This document shows, piece by piece, positions 36,392 through 46,664 of a stretch of 64,000 bases of DNA. Below the pieces are notes generated by a model, which saw only the letters and a list, made by a program, of their open reading frames with translations, did no database searches and was not told the origin of the DNA. The stretch comes from a virus (taxonomy: Duplodnaviria > Caudoviricetes), in IMG/VR virus record IMGVR_UViG_3300046804_003398, one strand, 5' to 3'. How positions within the stretch are numbered: the stretch's first letter is position 1; every line of letters begins with the position of its first letter. The position numbers and the translations under genes were made by a program.

Positions 36392-38380
36392 TCATTCTTT
36401 GATGTTTGTTTCGTCCATATAAGATCCTGATACTCCTTCTCTCAAAATTTCTTTGGACTTATCCAATCCTTGTAGAATTGTCGATAGTGATTCCATTGAT
36501 TCTAAAGACAATGGAGAACGTTTCTTATATTTGTGAGTAGGAGACAAATCACTGTCACTATTGTTCTCTAGTGTTCCAAGTGGATCTTCACCAAATGGGT
36601 ATTTTCTAGCATCTTTTCTACCAGTTTGGTCCCTATCACGGTTTTCTTCTTTTTTACGGTTTGCTTCCGCACGTTCATGAGCAGACATCTTAACTTTTTC
36701 AGTCAATTTTGGCGTTTCTCCACCACCAGCTGGAGCAGTTTCTCCACCTGCGGGAGCTGTAGCGCTGGCTTCAGCACCTCCTCCTACTTCTCCTCCGCCT
36801 GCCGCTTCTTCGCCTCCACCAGCGCTACCCCCTTCCGCGCCTCCGGCTCCGCCTTCTCCACCACCTTCTCCTTCTGAGCCCTTGGCCTTGAGGAAGTTCA
36901 ATGCAGGATCGTTACCGTCTTCTTCGATCTGCTTAAATCTGTAAGTTCCCTTAGCATCATCAACAAGTTGTTTTTGCAACATAATCATGTCTTGATCACT
37001 CATACCAAAGACATTTTCATAAATCCACTTCTTGCTAAACAACTTTTGTTCTTGCATGTCCTTACTGACTTCAACCTTGCTCTTCCATACATCAATCTTT
37101 TCCTTTTCAAAGATTGTGGAAGGATTGGTCAATTCAAGACTAAAATCAACAAGTGCCTCATCTCTGTATCCTTGACTATACAAATGAACCACGGCAATCT
37201 TGTTCAACTCACTGACAATAATACGTTGAATACGTTGGATCGTTCTGGCAAAACGAATATCTTCAGCAGCAAGTGTAGCCTTACCACTCAAACTCTCGTC
37301 GTAACCCAAGAATGCCTTAGGAATCTTAAGAGCTGCCATCATCTTGTTACGTAGATATTCGATATCGTCTGTTCCAGTCCATTCAAGACCTGGCAAGTTA
37401 TCAATAGCAGTTCCACTATCACCACCACGAACTGGCAAGAAAAAGTCCTCAACCATGTTCTGTAGATTGAAACGAAGATTGTAATCACCAGTTGCTTGAT
37501 CCAAATATGGAGTCTTCTTCATTTGTTGAATGATTCTCTCCATGTGATTATCAACTTCGTTTGGTGGAATGTTACCAATATCAATCTTAAAAATACGTTT
37601 TTCTGGAGCACGCATGATACGATGAATCAACATTGCGTCTTCCATCAAACTCAATTGCTTCCAAACACGACGAGCACCTTCCAACATACTCTTACCATAA
37701 GGCAAGAAGTTACTATCACTCAACAAACGGAAATGAGCCATCTGATAGTTTTCCAAATCTTCAATCTTGTTACCATATGGAAGATTGACTTGGAACTTTA
37801 CGAAATTCTTATTTTGTAGATGCGCATTTTCTACACGGGTCACATAGTAACTACTGAGTGGTTCAACCATGTAAACACCATACTCTGGACTGATGTGCAT
37901 TCTCAAATAAAAATCGCCATACTTGACCAAACTACGAGTCCACGACCAAAGGTTGAATTCGATGTTCAAGATGTCATAGAACAAATTATTTAAGATGCTC
38001 TTGATATCATCGTTGGTGCTACGAACGGTGATGATGTCACCCATTTCGTTACGAGTGGTGCATTCATCAGCATAAATGTCCAATGCAGATGCCAAAATTG
38101 GGTCCATGTCCATTGTATCATAATCACGAAACAGTTCTACACGACTGCTTTGATATGATAAATTGAAGTCACGGGTATACGAATTATACGCAGTAGTTCT
38201 GAGACGATTGAAACGATCTCTTAAACTATTACGGTCGGTAGCATACTGAATTTCATCGGTGTCGATGACCTTGAGCTTTTTGCCACCCACGTTACGAACA
38301 ATTACGTCGTTGCTGAAAAGTCTCTTCAGCCTAGCGTAAAGTGACCTATTTTTTAACTCTTGAAATGATTTGTCATCCAT
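36392..38380 (-). CDS. gp20: Portal protein
   Basis: PYGKSMLEGARRVWKQLSLMEDAMLIHRIMRAPEKRIFKIDIGN, EDFFLPVRGG, ALKIPKAFL. Confidence 0.95.
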   Translation of the reverse strand: MDDKSFQELKNRSLYARLKRLFSNDVIVRNVGGKKLKVIDTDEIQYATDRNSLRDRFNRLRTTAYNSYTRDFNLSYQSSRVELFRDYDTMDMDPILASALDIYADECTTRNEMGDIITVRSTNDDIKSILNNLFYDILNIEFNLWSWTRSLVKYGDFYLRMHISPEYGVYMVEPLSSYYVTRVENAHLQNKNFVKFQVNLPYGNKIEDLENYQMAHFRLLSDSNFLPYGKSMLEGARRVWKQLSLMEDAMLIHRIMRAPEKRIFKIDIGNIPPNEVDNHMERIIQQMKKTPYLDQATGDYNLRFNLQNMVEDFFLPVRGGDSGTAIDNLPGLEWTGTDDIEYLRNKMMAALKIPKAFLGYDESLSGKATLAAEDIRFARTIQRIQRIIVSELNKIAVVHLYSQGYRDEALVDFSLELTNPSTIFEKEKIDVWKSKVEVSKDMQEQKLFSKKWIYENVFGMSDQDMIMLQKQLVDDAKGTYRFKQIEEDGNDPALNFLKAKGSEGEGGGEGGAGGAEGGSAGGGEEAAGGGEVGGGAEASATAPAGGETAPAGGGETPKLTEKVKMSAHERAEANRKKEENRDRDQTGRKDARKYPFGEDPLGTLENNSDSDLSPTHKYKKRSPLSLESMESLSTILQGLDKSKEILREGVSGSYMDETNIKE

Positions 38381-38404
38381 ATAATGCTATCTTATATATA
38401 AGTA

Positions 38405-40018
38405 TTACAACAACCAAGTTAGTGATTCTTTTTTACCTGTGCCTGGAACTCCGCCTCCTCCAGTTTCAAATTGCCACGTTTCTTGAGGTGATTGAATGAT
38501 TTTATATTGTGATGATGGACCAGGCGTTGTATTTGTTACTTTTGTTATTCCGCCCAACATTGTTCGTGTATATGCCATTTGTTCAGTTCTTAACTTTAAT
38601 GCGGTTCCACGGACCCATAGACCAATACTAAGAGCCATAACCAAATCGTCATTATAACCCCTCATTGCTTCTGCCTTAGGTCCATTCCAGATAAACACAT
38701 TAAGTTCCTCATATGACCTAATAGACCGTATAGTGACTGACTTGTCTCTGAAACATGATTCCATATTACTTACCATCAACGGTCTATTCTTGTTGGTGGT
38801 TGTAAATCCCGGCACCAATTTCTTGTCTTGAGCATTAAGTTTATTTGTATAATTGTGTTCTACATCAACCACGTTCAAATCAGGCGTGCTATAGAAAGTG
38901 TTTTGATAATCTCTATCAATAATTTGTTGTAGTGTTCCCCAACCAATGTTGTTATTTTCTACAACAAGCAACGCACTGTTATATTCAGTTGCAATTGCCA
39001 CCAACAAGTTACCATAATCTTTCGTAGTTAACTGACCCTTATACTCCGCTACTTGTGTCAATGTGTCAACATCAAATACATGAAATGCACTATAGTCGGC
39101 ACCATCACCACGAGCACAGTCAGCTGATACGATATAGTTTTTGCTATTGTCTGGACGATCCCAAATCCACAAATCTTGACTTGCTCCACGTTTTTCAACC
39201 GGATCTTTGATGTAAGTTTGCTTGTAAAACTCAAGAGTATCAACCGACACAACTTGATTACCCGATGTAGAAAAGTCACAATCACATTCTTGTGCAGCAC
39301 CTTTTACACCAGACAATTCAGTTTGTTTGTCACGCCAAGCTTGATCACGTTCTGGGTGTAAATGCCATGGTAATCTAATTGTATTGAAACCATTTTCTCC
39401 AGCTTCGGCAGCAACCCAAGTCTTATGAAAGAAGTTACCAACACCATTAGGTGTCGATAACAAAATAGCTCTACCACCAGTTGACAAGGTATACTGAGCA
39501 GACAACCAAATTTCTTCAATACCATCGATGAATGCAGCTTCGTCAATGATTAGAAGTGACAATGCGGCAGAACGACCTGCGGTTCCAGCACTTGACACAG
39601 CCTTAATTTGAGAACCGTTTTTAAGACGTAGTGACAAACGATTGTCTTCTACACATGGAACTTTCAACCATGTAGGAAGATTGTCATTGGCAAATCTAAC
39701 CTTGGTAACGATTTCTTTTGCAGTCTCTTGAGTGATACTGATGATCAAGATGTTCTTGTCTGTATGGAACGTCATCAACCACAAACTATATGCTGCCGTC
39801 AAAGTAGAAATACCCATCTGACGACTCTTTAGAATGATGTTGAGACTATGATCCACCATGTCTTGTAGAGCACCTTCTTGGAAGGGATACAAGTCAAAGT
39901 TGCAGGTTCCCTTGACGGGATGTTGAATCTTGACATACTTCTTCATGAAGTATATCGGATTTTCAACACACTTCTTATACTCCTGCTTTATTATTTCTCT
40001 TAGATTTTGCTGACTCAT
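38405..40018 (-). CDS. gp17: Terminase large subunit
   Basis: ILKSRQMGIST, LIIDEAAF, LSTPNG, nuclease SADCARGDGADYS and NDDLVMAL. Confidence 0.95.
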   Translation of the reverse strand: MSQQNLREIIKQEYKKCVENPIYFMKKYVKIQHPVKGTCNFDLYPFQEGALQDMVDHSLNIILKSRQMGISTLTAAYSLWLMTFHTDKNILIISITQETAKEIVTKVRFANDNLPTWLKVPCVEDNRLSLRLKNGSQIKAVSSAGTAGRSAALSLLIIDEAAFIDGIEEIWLSAQYTLSTGGRAILLSTPNGVGNFFHKTWVAAEAGENGFNTIRLPWHLHPERDQAWRDKQTELSGVKGAAQECDCDFSTSGNQVVSVDTLEFYKQTYIKDPVEKRGASQDLWIWDRPDNSKNYIVSADCARGDGADYSAFHVFDVDTLTQVAEYKGQLTTKDYGNLLVAIATEYNSALLVVENNNIGWGTLQQIIDRDYQNTFYSTPDLNVVDVEHNYTNKLNAQDKKLVPGFTTTNKNRPLMVSNMESCFRDKSVTIRSIRSYEELNVFIWNGPKAEAMRGYNDDLVMALSIGLWVRGTALKLRTEQMAYTRTMLGGITKVTNTTPGPSSQYKIIQSPQETWQFETGGGGVPGTGKKESLTWLL

Positions 40019-40622
40019 ATTCTTTTTCTAAATTGTCAATAAACGTGTCGATCTCTGACAATCTAGCATTTACATACTCAAGATCCTTCAAAACATCTTG
40101 TTTGATCTTATCAAGCCCCGTCTCACCCTCCCACTTTTCTATAGAACCATCTTCATTGATAAACTCAAGAGGTTTACCCTCTTTCTCTTCACACCACTTG
40201 AGAGTTTCATCAAACTTCTTTTTGTATTCAGACAAAATTGCTTTTTCATTCTTGAAGTCACGGATCTTGTCAAAGTATTCCCAAGTTCCATCCATCTTCA
40301 TCTTGGTTTCATTGTTAGTGAAACAGTCATAACACAAATGTGTCTTGGGCCAAACTTGTGAATCCAAATAGTTACCCCAACGAACGTCGGCACTACATTG
40401 TTTACAAATTTGTTTGTTGTCGATTATAACCTTCTTTGGAACTCGACGTTTGCTACCATTCTTCCAAACCCATTTACGACCTTGACCATCCTCCCACTCT
40501 TCACCTTCTTTACGTGTGGCGTTATTTATGTCTTCGGTGTAACCAACTTGTATAAATGGTCTATTTCCGTCCAGATAATCTTTTACAATCTCCAGATTGC
40601 TTTTGCCTTGTGCTCTTTTCAT
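39975..40622 (-). CDS. Zn-ribbon-containing protein overlapping the terminase start; possible small terminase
   Basis: CKQC...CYDC; position immediately upstream of TerL (function inferred from position only). Confidence 0.5.
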   Translation of the reverse strand: MKRAQGKSNLEIVKDYLDGNRPFIQVGYTEDINNATRKEGEEWEDGQGRKWVWKNGSKRRVPKKVIIDNKQICKQCSADVRWGNYLDSQVWPKTHLCYDCFTNNETKMKMDGTWEYFDKIRDFKNEKAILSEYKKKFDETLKWCEEKEGKPLEFINEDGSIEKWEGETGLDKIKQDVLKDLEYVNARLSEIDTFIDNLEKEYESAKSKRNNKAGV

Positions 40623-40640
40623 AACCAATATTTATTTATT

Positions 40641-41693
40641 TTATTTTCCAAAACCACTTTGTAGTCCCTTAATAATGAAACTACCAGTTATTTTAAATGG
40701 ATTGCTGTGAATACTAGGATCTCTGACCACAATTCCTTCGTGTTTTTCAAGATCACCAATTTCACTAGTAGCATTCTTTAATATTTCATCACCAAGTTTG
40801 ATTGTTGCCAAATATACAACTGTATCATTGACAACTTTATCAATATCTTGTCCCTCAAAATCCATGGCAATATTCTTACTAGCAACAGCCTTTTGGAATT
40901 GTTCACGGGTAATCAATGGTGTTTGAATATTTACATCTTTCAACCAATCCTTCAAACTCTTTGTAACTGGATTGCCTTGTGGATACAAAGTAACCTTTTC
41001 ACCGAGTGGCTTTGAAAGATTTGGTCGGCTCTTAAACTTGGTGTCAACACTACCCAATACCTTGAATCCACGTTTCTTAGCAAACACATTCAACTTATTG
41101 ATATATGATTGCATAACCGTCTTATCATAAGGAATTTCAGTAGCTACTCTTGACTTGACACTACCATCTTTACCAAACGTCTTGGGTTTGATTTCTTTCA
41201 AACCATGAATTGCCAAGAAGTTACCAATGTCTTCATAACCGAGAACATTTGTTTGTCCCTCAACATATTCAACGTTTAACAAAATATTTGGATTGTTCAA
41301 TAAACCAAGAGCCTTCAACTCTTTTGTTGTCGAAGGAATTGCGTCATCAAAAATCTGAATTACAGTGGAACCAATCTTGATGAATCCGTGTTCAGCACCT
41401 GTTTCTGGATTTGGTAAAAATCTAGCAGATAGATCTTGTGGACGCATTCCCTTGATGTCTAGTGGTTTTGCACTACCACGGTCCATCACAAATTCTCCAT
41501 TAACCAAACGAATACTTGCATTAACACCGTCAATCTTTACACTACCAGTTCCCTTTTCCAATGAGTTAATAGACTTCTGAAAGATGTCAACTAGTTGTTT
41601 TCCGTTGGATGCAAAGTCAAATGGATGTTCCATGTGGCCACCAGCACCACCTTCTCTAAGAACTTCCGACAAAATATTACTCAGCTTTATCAT
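40641..41693 (-). CDS. Ligase-like (covalent nucleotidyltransferase fold) protein
   Basis: Motif I-like VKIDGVN, motif IV-like HEGIVVRD, motif V-like FKITG. Confidence 0.55.
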   Translation of the reverse strand: MIKLSNILSEVLREGGAGGHMEHPFDFASNGKQLVDIFQKSINSLEKGTGSVKIDGVNASIRLVNGEFVMDRGSAKPLDIKGMRPQDLSARFLPNPETGAEHGFIKIGSTVIQIFDDAIPSTTKELKALGLLNNPNILLNVEYVEGQTNVLGYEDIGNFLAIHGLKEIKPKTFGKDGSVKSRVATEIPYDKTVMQSYINKLNVFAKKRGFKVLGSVDTKFKSRPNLSKPLGEKVTLYPQGNPVTKSLKDWLKDVNIQTPLITREQFQKAVASKNIAMDFEGQDIDKVVNDTVVYLATIKLGDEILKNATSEIGDLEKHEGIVVRDPSIHSNPFKITGSFIIKGLQSGFGK

Positions 41694-42459
41694 ATGGTTT
41701 AATAAATGTTTTTTCGAATGTAGATACGCCTTTTAAGTATGAACGTTTGGTTTCATCAAGGGCATCATCTGTAAATTGCCAATTCCAAAACAATTGGTCC
41801 GGTGTCTTGAATCCAAAAAATTCAAGAACACTCTTTTGTGTTTGAACAACGTGTTTACCATTCCAGTTCTGACCAACAGCAATAAATCCAGCATCAATAT
41901 CTTTAACTAGATTGGACTCACCCAAAGTCGAGTGTCTATTTTCAATCCAAGTCAAACGTTCAATCAACTTTTGATAATAACCGTTGGCTTGACCCCATCT
42001 AACACTTGCAAAAAATAATACACAATCACTCTCAAACAACTCCTTACTGATCTTCCAAAGTTCGTCACCCTTCTCATTTACACTAGCCCAACAACGATGA
42101 TGACCACTTGGATTTTGTTCTTTGTTTTTCAATAAAGCACCAATCGTTCCACAATGGTTGCCACCAAACTCTTTGTTGCTACTCACATTACCTTCACATG
42201 GAACGATGTGTAGTTTTGTTGTGTCAATCAACGTTACTTTTTCTTTACCAAGCAACTCTTGTATCTTGATGGCTAATTGACTACTTTTTGGAACATCGTC
42301 TTTATGTTGCGACCAACGATTGCTTGTAGTCAATAGTAACACTTTGTTTTTACTACGCAAATAATCCATGGTCTTCTTGTATTTTTTAGCATACAAGTCC
42401 ATGTCTTGTTCACTTGCTGGCAATTTAGCCTCTGTTAGAAGGTCTGATAGACTAATCAT
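41677..42459 (-). CDS. Flavodoxin-fold FMN reductase / iron-sulfur flavoprotein-like
   Basis: VLLLTTSNR, IVPCEG...HC...RCW, DCVLFFASVRWG...KLIERL. Confidence 0.7.
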   Translation of the reverse strand: MISLSDLLTEAKLPASEQDMDLYAKKYKKTMDYLRSKNKVLLLTTSNRWSQHKDDVPKSSQLAIKIQELLGKEKVTLIDTTKLHIVPCEGNVSSNKEFGGNHCGTIGALLKNKEQNPSGHHRCWASVNEKGDELWKISKELFESDCVLFFASVRWGQANGYYQKLIERLTWIENRHSTLGESNLVKDIDAGFIAVGQNWNGKHVVQTQKSVLEFFGFKTPDQLFWNWQFTDDALDETKRSYLKGVSTFEKTFIKPYDKAE

Positions 42460-42526
42460 CGCATATAAATATGTGGTGTTCTCAAAAAATATCTATATTA
42501 ATTTATCAATCTAGTCTGTTCAAATA

Positions 42527-42558
42527 AACAAAAAACCCCGGCTTTTTAGGGCCGGGGT
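42527..42558 (-). terminator. Rho-independent terminator after the tail sheath gene
   Basis: 8-bp stem ACCCCGGC/GCCGGGGT followed by TTTTTGTTT on the minus strand. Confidence 0.85.
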
Positions 42559-42579
42559 CTTGATTTAGTTTACTCTAGG

Positions 42580-45500
42580 TTATTCACCGAAAGTAGCACC
42601 AGTTGGCAGAATGTTGAAGTCAAGCAATATGAATTCAGCAGTTCTGGTTGGTTGAATGAAGATTTGACCGTAAAGAATATTTCGATCAATCAAGTCAGGA
42701 GTATTGTTTTCAGCATCCATCTTAACTTGGTAAGCATAGATACCGTTACGTTGTTGAACACTCTCCAAGTATGGATTGACGATACTCAAGAAACGGTTAC
42801 GTGTAGCAGCTACGTTTTGTTCGAAGACCAAGTAGTTGCTTGAACTTGCGATAAACTTCTTCAAGTTGATCAACAAGCGACGAACATTCACACGATCCAA
42901 GGCACTTGGTTGGATTTGAAGAGTCTTTTGACCCCAAACCACGATACCTTGACCTGGGAATGCGGCGATTGGATTGACACGGTTCTCATAGAGAGTGTCA
43001 CGTTCAGCATGAGTCAATCTGTCAAGAACTTGAACAGCTTGTGGGATTCCACCACGGTTTAGACCGGCTGGAGCATACCATTCAGCAGCTGCGTTGTCGT
43101 TAGCGGCATAAACCGATGGCAACACCACAGAAGGTGGAACACTGATAATCTTGTTCAAGTTAGTGTCGAGGATCTTGACCCATGGGTAGTAAGTTGCGAC
43201 GTAGTTACTATCAATTGTAGCAACCGTGTTGATTGCGGCATTGATCAAACCTACGCTTTGGTTACTTGCTGGGAACACCACGTTATCCATGATGTAGAAA
43301 CAATCTCCACGAGCTTCACACATATCAATGGTGATCTCGGTGACATAGCTGTGTTGTTCACGGAAGATACCTGGCAACACGATCAAGTTGATATCAAACT
43401 CATCGGCGTTACCGAGAGCAGTGATACATTGCTTGTATGCGATACTACCTGGGCTTGTAATGTTTGTGCAATCCAAACCTTGGGTATTACCAGCAGTGAT
43501 GTCAGATCCAACGTTGATTGGAATTGCTGGCCATTGACCATCAAATCCACCTTGGAATCCAACCACGAACTTACGAAGTCTTACATAAGTAGATTCGTTG
43601 ACTGGATCGTATACTGAAGGAATACTACCACTCAAACTTGGAGCGAGCAACGAGCCTGTGCTTGCTGCTACACCTTGAGCATAGTATGAACAATCAGCTG
43701 TTCCCCATACCTTGGCTTCAAGATCGAAGTCGATGTTTTCACCGTTTTGATCTGCACCACCGTAGTATGGAAGTGGCTTGAAGTATTGCTTTGTATCGTT
43801 CTCAATACCAACTCCGAACGAAGCGGTAGGATATAGAGCAGCGATTTCAGCTCCACTTTCTGGAACTTCACCGAACACTGTTCCCGATGGATACTTACCA
43901 GGTCCAAGACCATAGATAGATGCCTTACTGTAACGAACTGCTGGCAACAAGTTACCAAGAGTTCCGTCTACTGGAGTTGAATATGATTCGAAACCGTATG
44001 GAACAACCGATTGTGGGTATGCCACATCAGTCATTTCAATACGAACATACTTACTCAAGTTTACGTAAGTTCCGTATTCTACGATCTTACTGGTGTTCGT
44101 AATGTAAGCATAACGATCACCAATACGACGTGCAACAAAGTTTGCACTGTCTGGATCAAGGTTCAAGTTTTGGAAGATTTCGAGATACTTAGGACGCTTG
44201 TCAGTGTCACTGTAAGCACGAACAGCAAGAGTGAATGAACCCCAGTTGCTGCCTGGAACAGTTCCAGCCAACTTAACGTTGCTAATTTCGATCTTATACT
44301 TCTTGTTGCTCAAGCTACCGTCACTGAGAGTGTGAACCTTGAACAACTTGAACTTGGTAGGAACAGCAACTTCATCAGCGCTTCCCTTGAATGGAGCAAT
44401 TTGTTGACTGTAGATCCATGGTGTCTTAGCATTTGTGATAGCAAATTGCGAATCACCACTGTTAGGATCTAGTGAGTATTGATCCAAGAACTTCATAGAC
44501 TCACCAACACTGAATGAAGCAGATGGAGCAGTTGCTACTTGCAATCTCCAACCACCACCCTCAGCATTTGGACGGGTCTTTTCAGCAATGAACTTCTTGA
44601 TGGTATCTTCGAAGAGGATGTAGTTATAAGCAGCCTCAACCTTTTGACCAGCAATTTGCTTAGAAGGATTACCAACTGTTGGATCAATTCCGAATACGTC
44701 CTTGATGTAGTTGTTGTCGTCTTCATTCAAACTGAAGTCATAGTAACCATAGGTTCCGTCAGAAACGTTACCATTGGTGTCAGTCCAGTTGTATCTCAAG
44801 ATAAGTTGATAAACGTTGTCGTTTGGATTTACAATACCTTGATATGGATATATTGAACTGGTCAATTGACTTACAGCAGAAGTATCGAATCCGTATACTT
44901 CATAATCGCTACTGAATTGTGTCGAAGCATTTTGGGTATTTGCCAAAACTGCTAACACAACTGGAGAACGACCAGTAGTAGATGGATTACATGGATCAGA
45001 TCCACCCGAGCCATCGGCTTCGAAGTTTCCTGTAAATGCTCCGTAAGAACCACTTACAAGACCCAAGAATCTCAATGCGGCACCGCAAGTTGCGGCACTA
45101 CGAACAGTGGCAAAACTACCACTCTTGACATACAATGTGCTTGTAGCATCAAATGTAGCTTGGTCATATGCCAATGTAATATTGGTTGTAGCACCACCAA
45201 TGTTCAACAAGCTTGAAGTCAACAAGAAGGAAACTTCAGTGCTTTCTTGAATTGCTCGAGCAATTTGTGTTTGTGGTGTAGCTGTGCTACTTCCTTGAGC
45301 ACTAGAACTCAAGAAGAAATACAAACCAGCAGAACCAGTAGGAGCCAAATGACCGCCATCATCGAAGTATCTGCTGAGTTGTGCAGTTTCCACTGTTCCA
45401 AGACTGACTTGTTTACCAGCATACAACTTACTACCACTCAAGTTACCAGTTCCATCATAGTTGGCTGGGAAATCACTGGTCAATGCGGCACTACCAAATC

Positions 45501-46551
45501 TTGCATTGATACTACCACTAATTGTCAAGTATGAACAATCAAATGTTGGATAAAGGTGAGGAGAAAATGTAGTGTTTGCACCAGTTTCTCTGTGAGAACA
45601 CAACTTTGCATTTGCACCAACACTTGTATCCAATACTACGAATGGGAACTTGACTTGTTGATTATTGATCTTAGTTACCGAAGCGGTCAAATAAGATCCA
45701 GATCCGGCTGGGAATCCATCAACAACATTACCTGTGATATCACTATCTATCAAAATAGATGTGAAAGCACCAGAACCGGACTTGAAAATATATCCGTTTG
45801 GTGCCCATTGTGTGACATCAAACCATGCCAAAGCATAGTCAGAACCACCACCTGAAGGAGTTACCTTTAGACCTGCATCAACAATCGAAGCACTAAATGC
45901 TGAATCAGCATTGTATGTGGTCAAACTTACCAACTTATAAGCATCTTTCAATGCTACAAGAGAAGCAGACAAACTGTTGATGTCTGGCAAACTTGAATTT
46001 GCACCAACGAAATCAGCAATTTCTTGATTTGTAGTGTTAGAACCTGTGATCCAGATACCTGCGAGAGGGTTTGTTCTAGTTAGAGCGTTTGGTTGAATTT
46101 CCCATGATGATGCACTGTGAACATATTGAATGTTCGCAGTATAGTCATCACTGTTCAAATACATGAACGAAGCAGTGGTCAAAGCACCAATGTCTGCAGT
46201 TCTCAACCATTGACCTGGCTCAGCATAAACCACCAATGGGTTCTTTTGCCAGTAACCAGTCAATCCACCAACACGGACGATAGTTACAACGCCTTGTTGA
46301 ATGAGATATTCTTTTGCAGTGTAGGGACCGTAGTATACACCGTCAGCAATACCGAAACGTTGTTCTAGTGTTGCTACGTCAGTTATAATATTTGGGTAAA
46401 ACGCAGGTCCGTCAGCAAACGGAGCCACGATTGCACCACCGATGTTGGCTACGCCTTGGGCTAGCCCCGATAAGTCATTTTCTCTGGTGAATACACCAGG
46501 ACTTACTATTTGTTGTGTTGGACTCCAACGTCCACCTTCTTGAATTGGCAT
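42580..46551 (-). CDS. gp18: Tail sheath protein (extended)
   Basis: SPGVFTREND, GGFDG, WYAPAGLNRG, VVWGQKTLQ...DRVNVRRLL, IQPTRTAEFI. Confidence 0.93.
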   Translation of the reverse strand: MPIQEGGRWSPTQQIVSPGVFTRENDLSGLAQGVANIGGAIVAPFADGPAFYPNIITDVATLEQRFGIADGVYYGPYTAKEYLIQQGVVTIVRVGGLTGYWQKNPLVVYAEPGQWLRTADIGALTTASFMYLNSDDYTANIQYVHSASSWEIQPNALTRTNPLAGIWITGSNTTNQEIADFVGANSSLPDINSLSASLVALKDAYKLVSLTTYNADSAFSASIVDAGLKVTPSGGGSDYALAWFDVTQWAPNGYIFKSGSGAFTSILIDSDITGNVVDGFPAGSGSYLTASVTKINNQQVKFPFVVLDTSVGANAKLCSHRETGANTTFSPHLYPTFDCSYLTISGSINARFGSAALTSDFPANYDGTGNLSGSKLYAGKQVSLGTVETAQLSRYFDDGGHLAPTGSAGLYFFLSSSAQGSSTATPQTQIARAIQESTEVSFLLTSSLLNIGGATTNITLAYDQATFDATSTLYVKSGSFATVRSAATCGAALRFLGLVSGSYGAFTGNFEADGSGGSDPCNPSTTGRSPVVLAVLANTQNASTQFSSDYEVYGFDTSAVSQLTSSIYPYQGIVNPNDNVYQLILRYNWTDTNGNVSDGTYGYYDFSLNEDDNNYIKDVFGIDPTVGNPSKQIAGQKVEAAYNYILFEDTIKKFIAEKTRPNAEGGGWRLQVATAPSASFSVGESMKFLDQYSLDPNSGDSQFAITNAKTPWIYSQQIAPFKGSADEVAVPTKFKLFKVHTLSDGSLSNKKYKIEISNVKLAGTVPGSNWGSFTLAVRAYSDTDKRPKYLEIFQNLNLDPDSANFVARRIGDRYAYITNTSKIVEYGTYVNLSKYVRIEMTDVAYPQSVVPYGFESYSTPVDGTLGNLLPAVRYSKASIYGLGPGKYPSGTVFGEVPESGAEIAALYPTASFGVGIENDTKQYFKPLPYYGGADQNGENIDFDLEAKVWGTADCSYYAQGVAASTGSLLAPSLSGSIPSVYDPVNESTYVRLRKFVVGFQGGFDGQWPAIPINVGSDITAGNTQGLDCTNITSPGSIAYKQCITALGNADEFDINLIVLPGIFREQHSYVTEITIDMCEARGDCFYIMDNVVFPASNQSVGLINAAINTVATIDSNYVATYYPWVKILDTNLNKIISVPPSVVLPSVYAANDNAAAEWYAPAGLNRGGIPQAVQVLDRLTHAERDTLYENRVNPIAAFPGQGIVVWGQKTLQIQPSALDRVNVRRLLINLKKFIASSSNYLVFEQNVAATRNRFLSIVNPYLESVQQRNGIYAYQVKMDAENNTPDLIDRNILYGQIFIQPTRTAEFILLDFNILPTGATFGE

Positions 46552-46606
46552 AATTTATGTTCCTTTCAGAGTGTCAACTTAACTTTTCCAAAAGTTATGT
46601 TTACTT

Positions 46607-46614
46607 TATAAATA
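46607..46614 (-). promoter_or_regulatory. Putative late promoter TATTTATA (tail sheath)
   Basis: 55 nt upstream of ATG; leader contains a TAACTTT/AAAGTTA hairpin and AGGAA SD. Confidence 0.6.
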
Positions 46615-46664
46615 TTGCCAAAAAAGTGGAACACCTAACTATTTATATCCTCTTTAACTTTTTT

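Noticed and set aside
36700-36900. GC-rich patch in portal as foreign DNA
   Set aside because: Encodes an in-frame Gly/Glu/Ala low-complexity linker.
38405-40018. Intein or intron in terminase
   Set aside because: Normal length, contiguous motifs, no splice or homing-endonuclease signatures.
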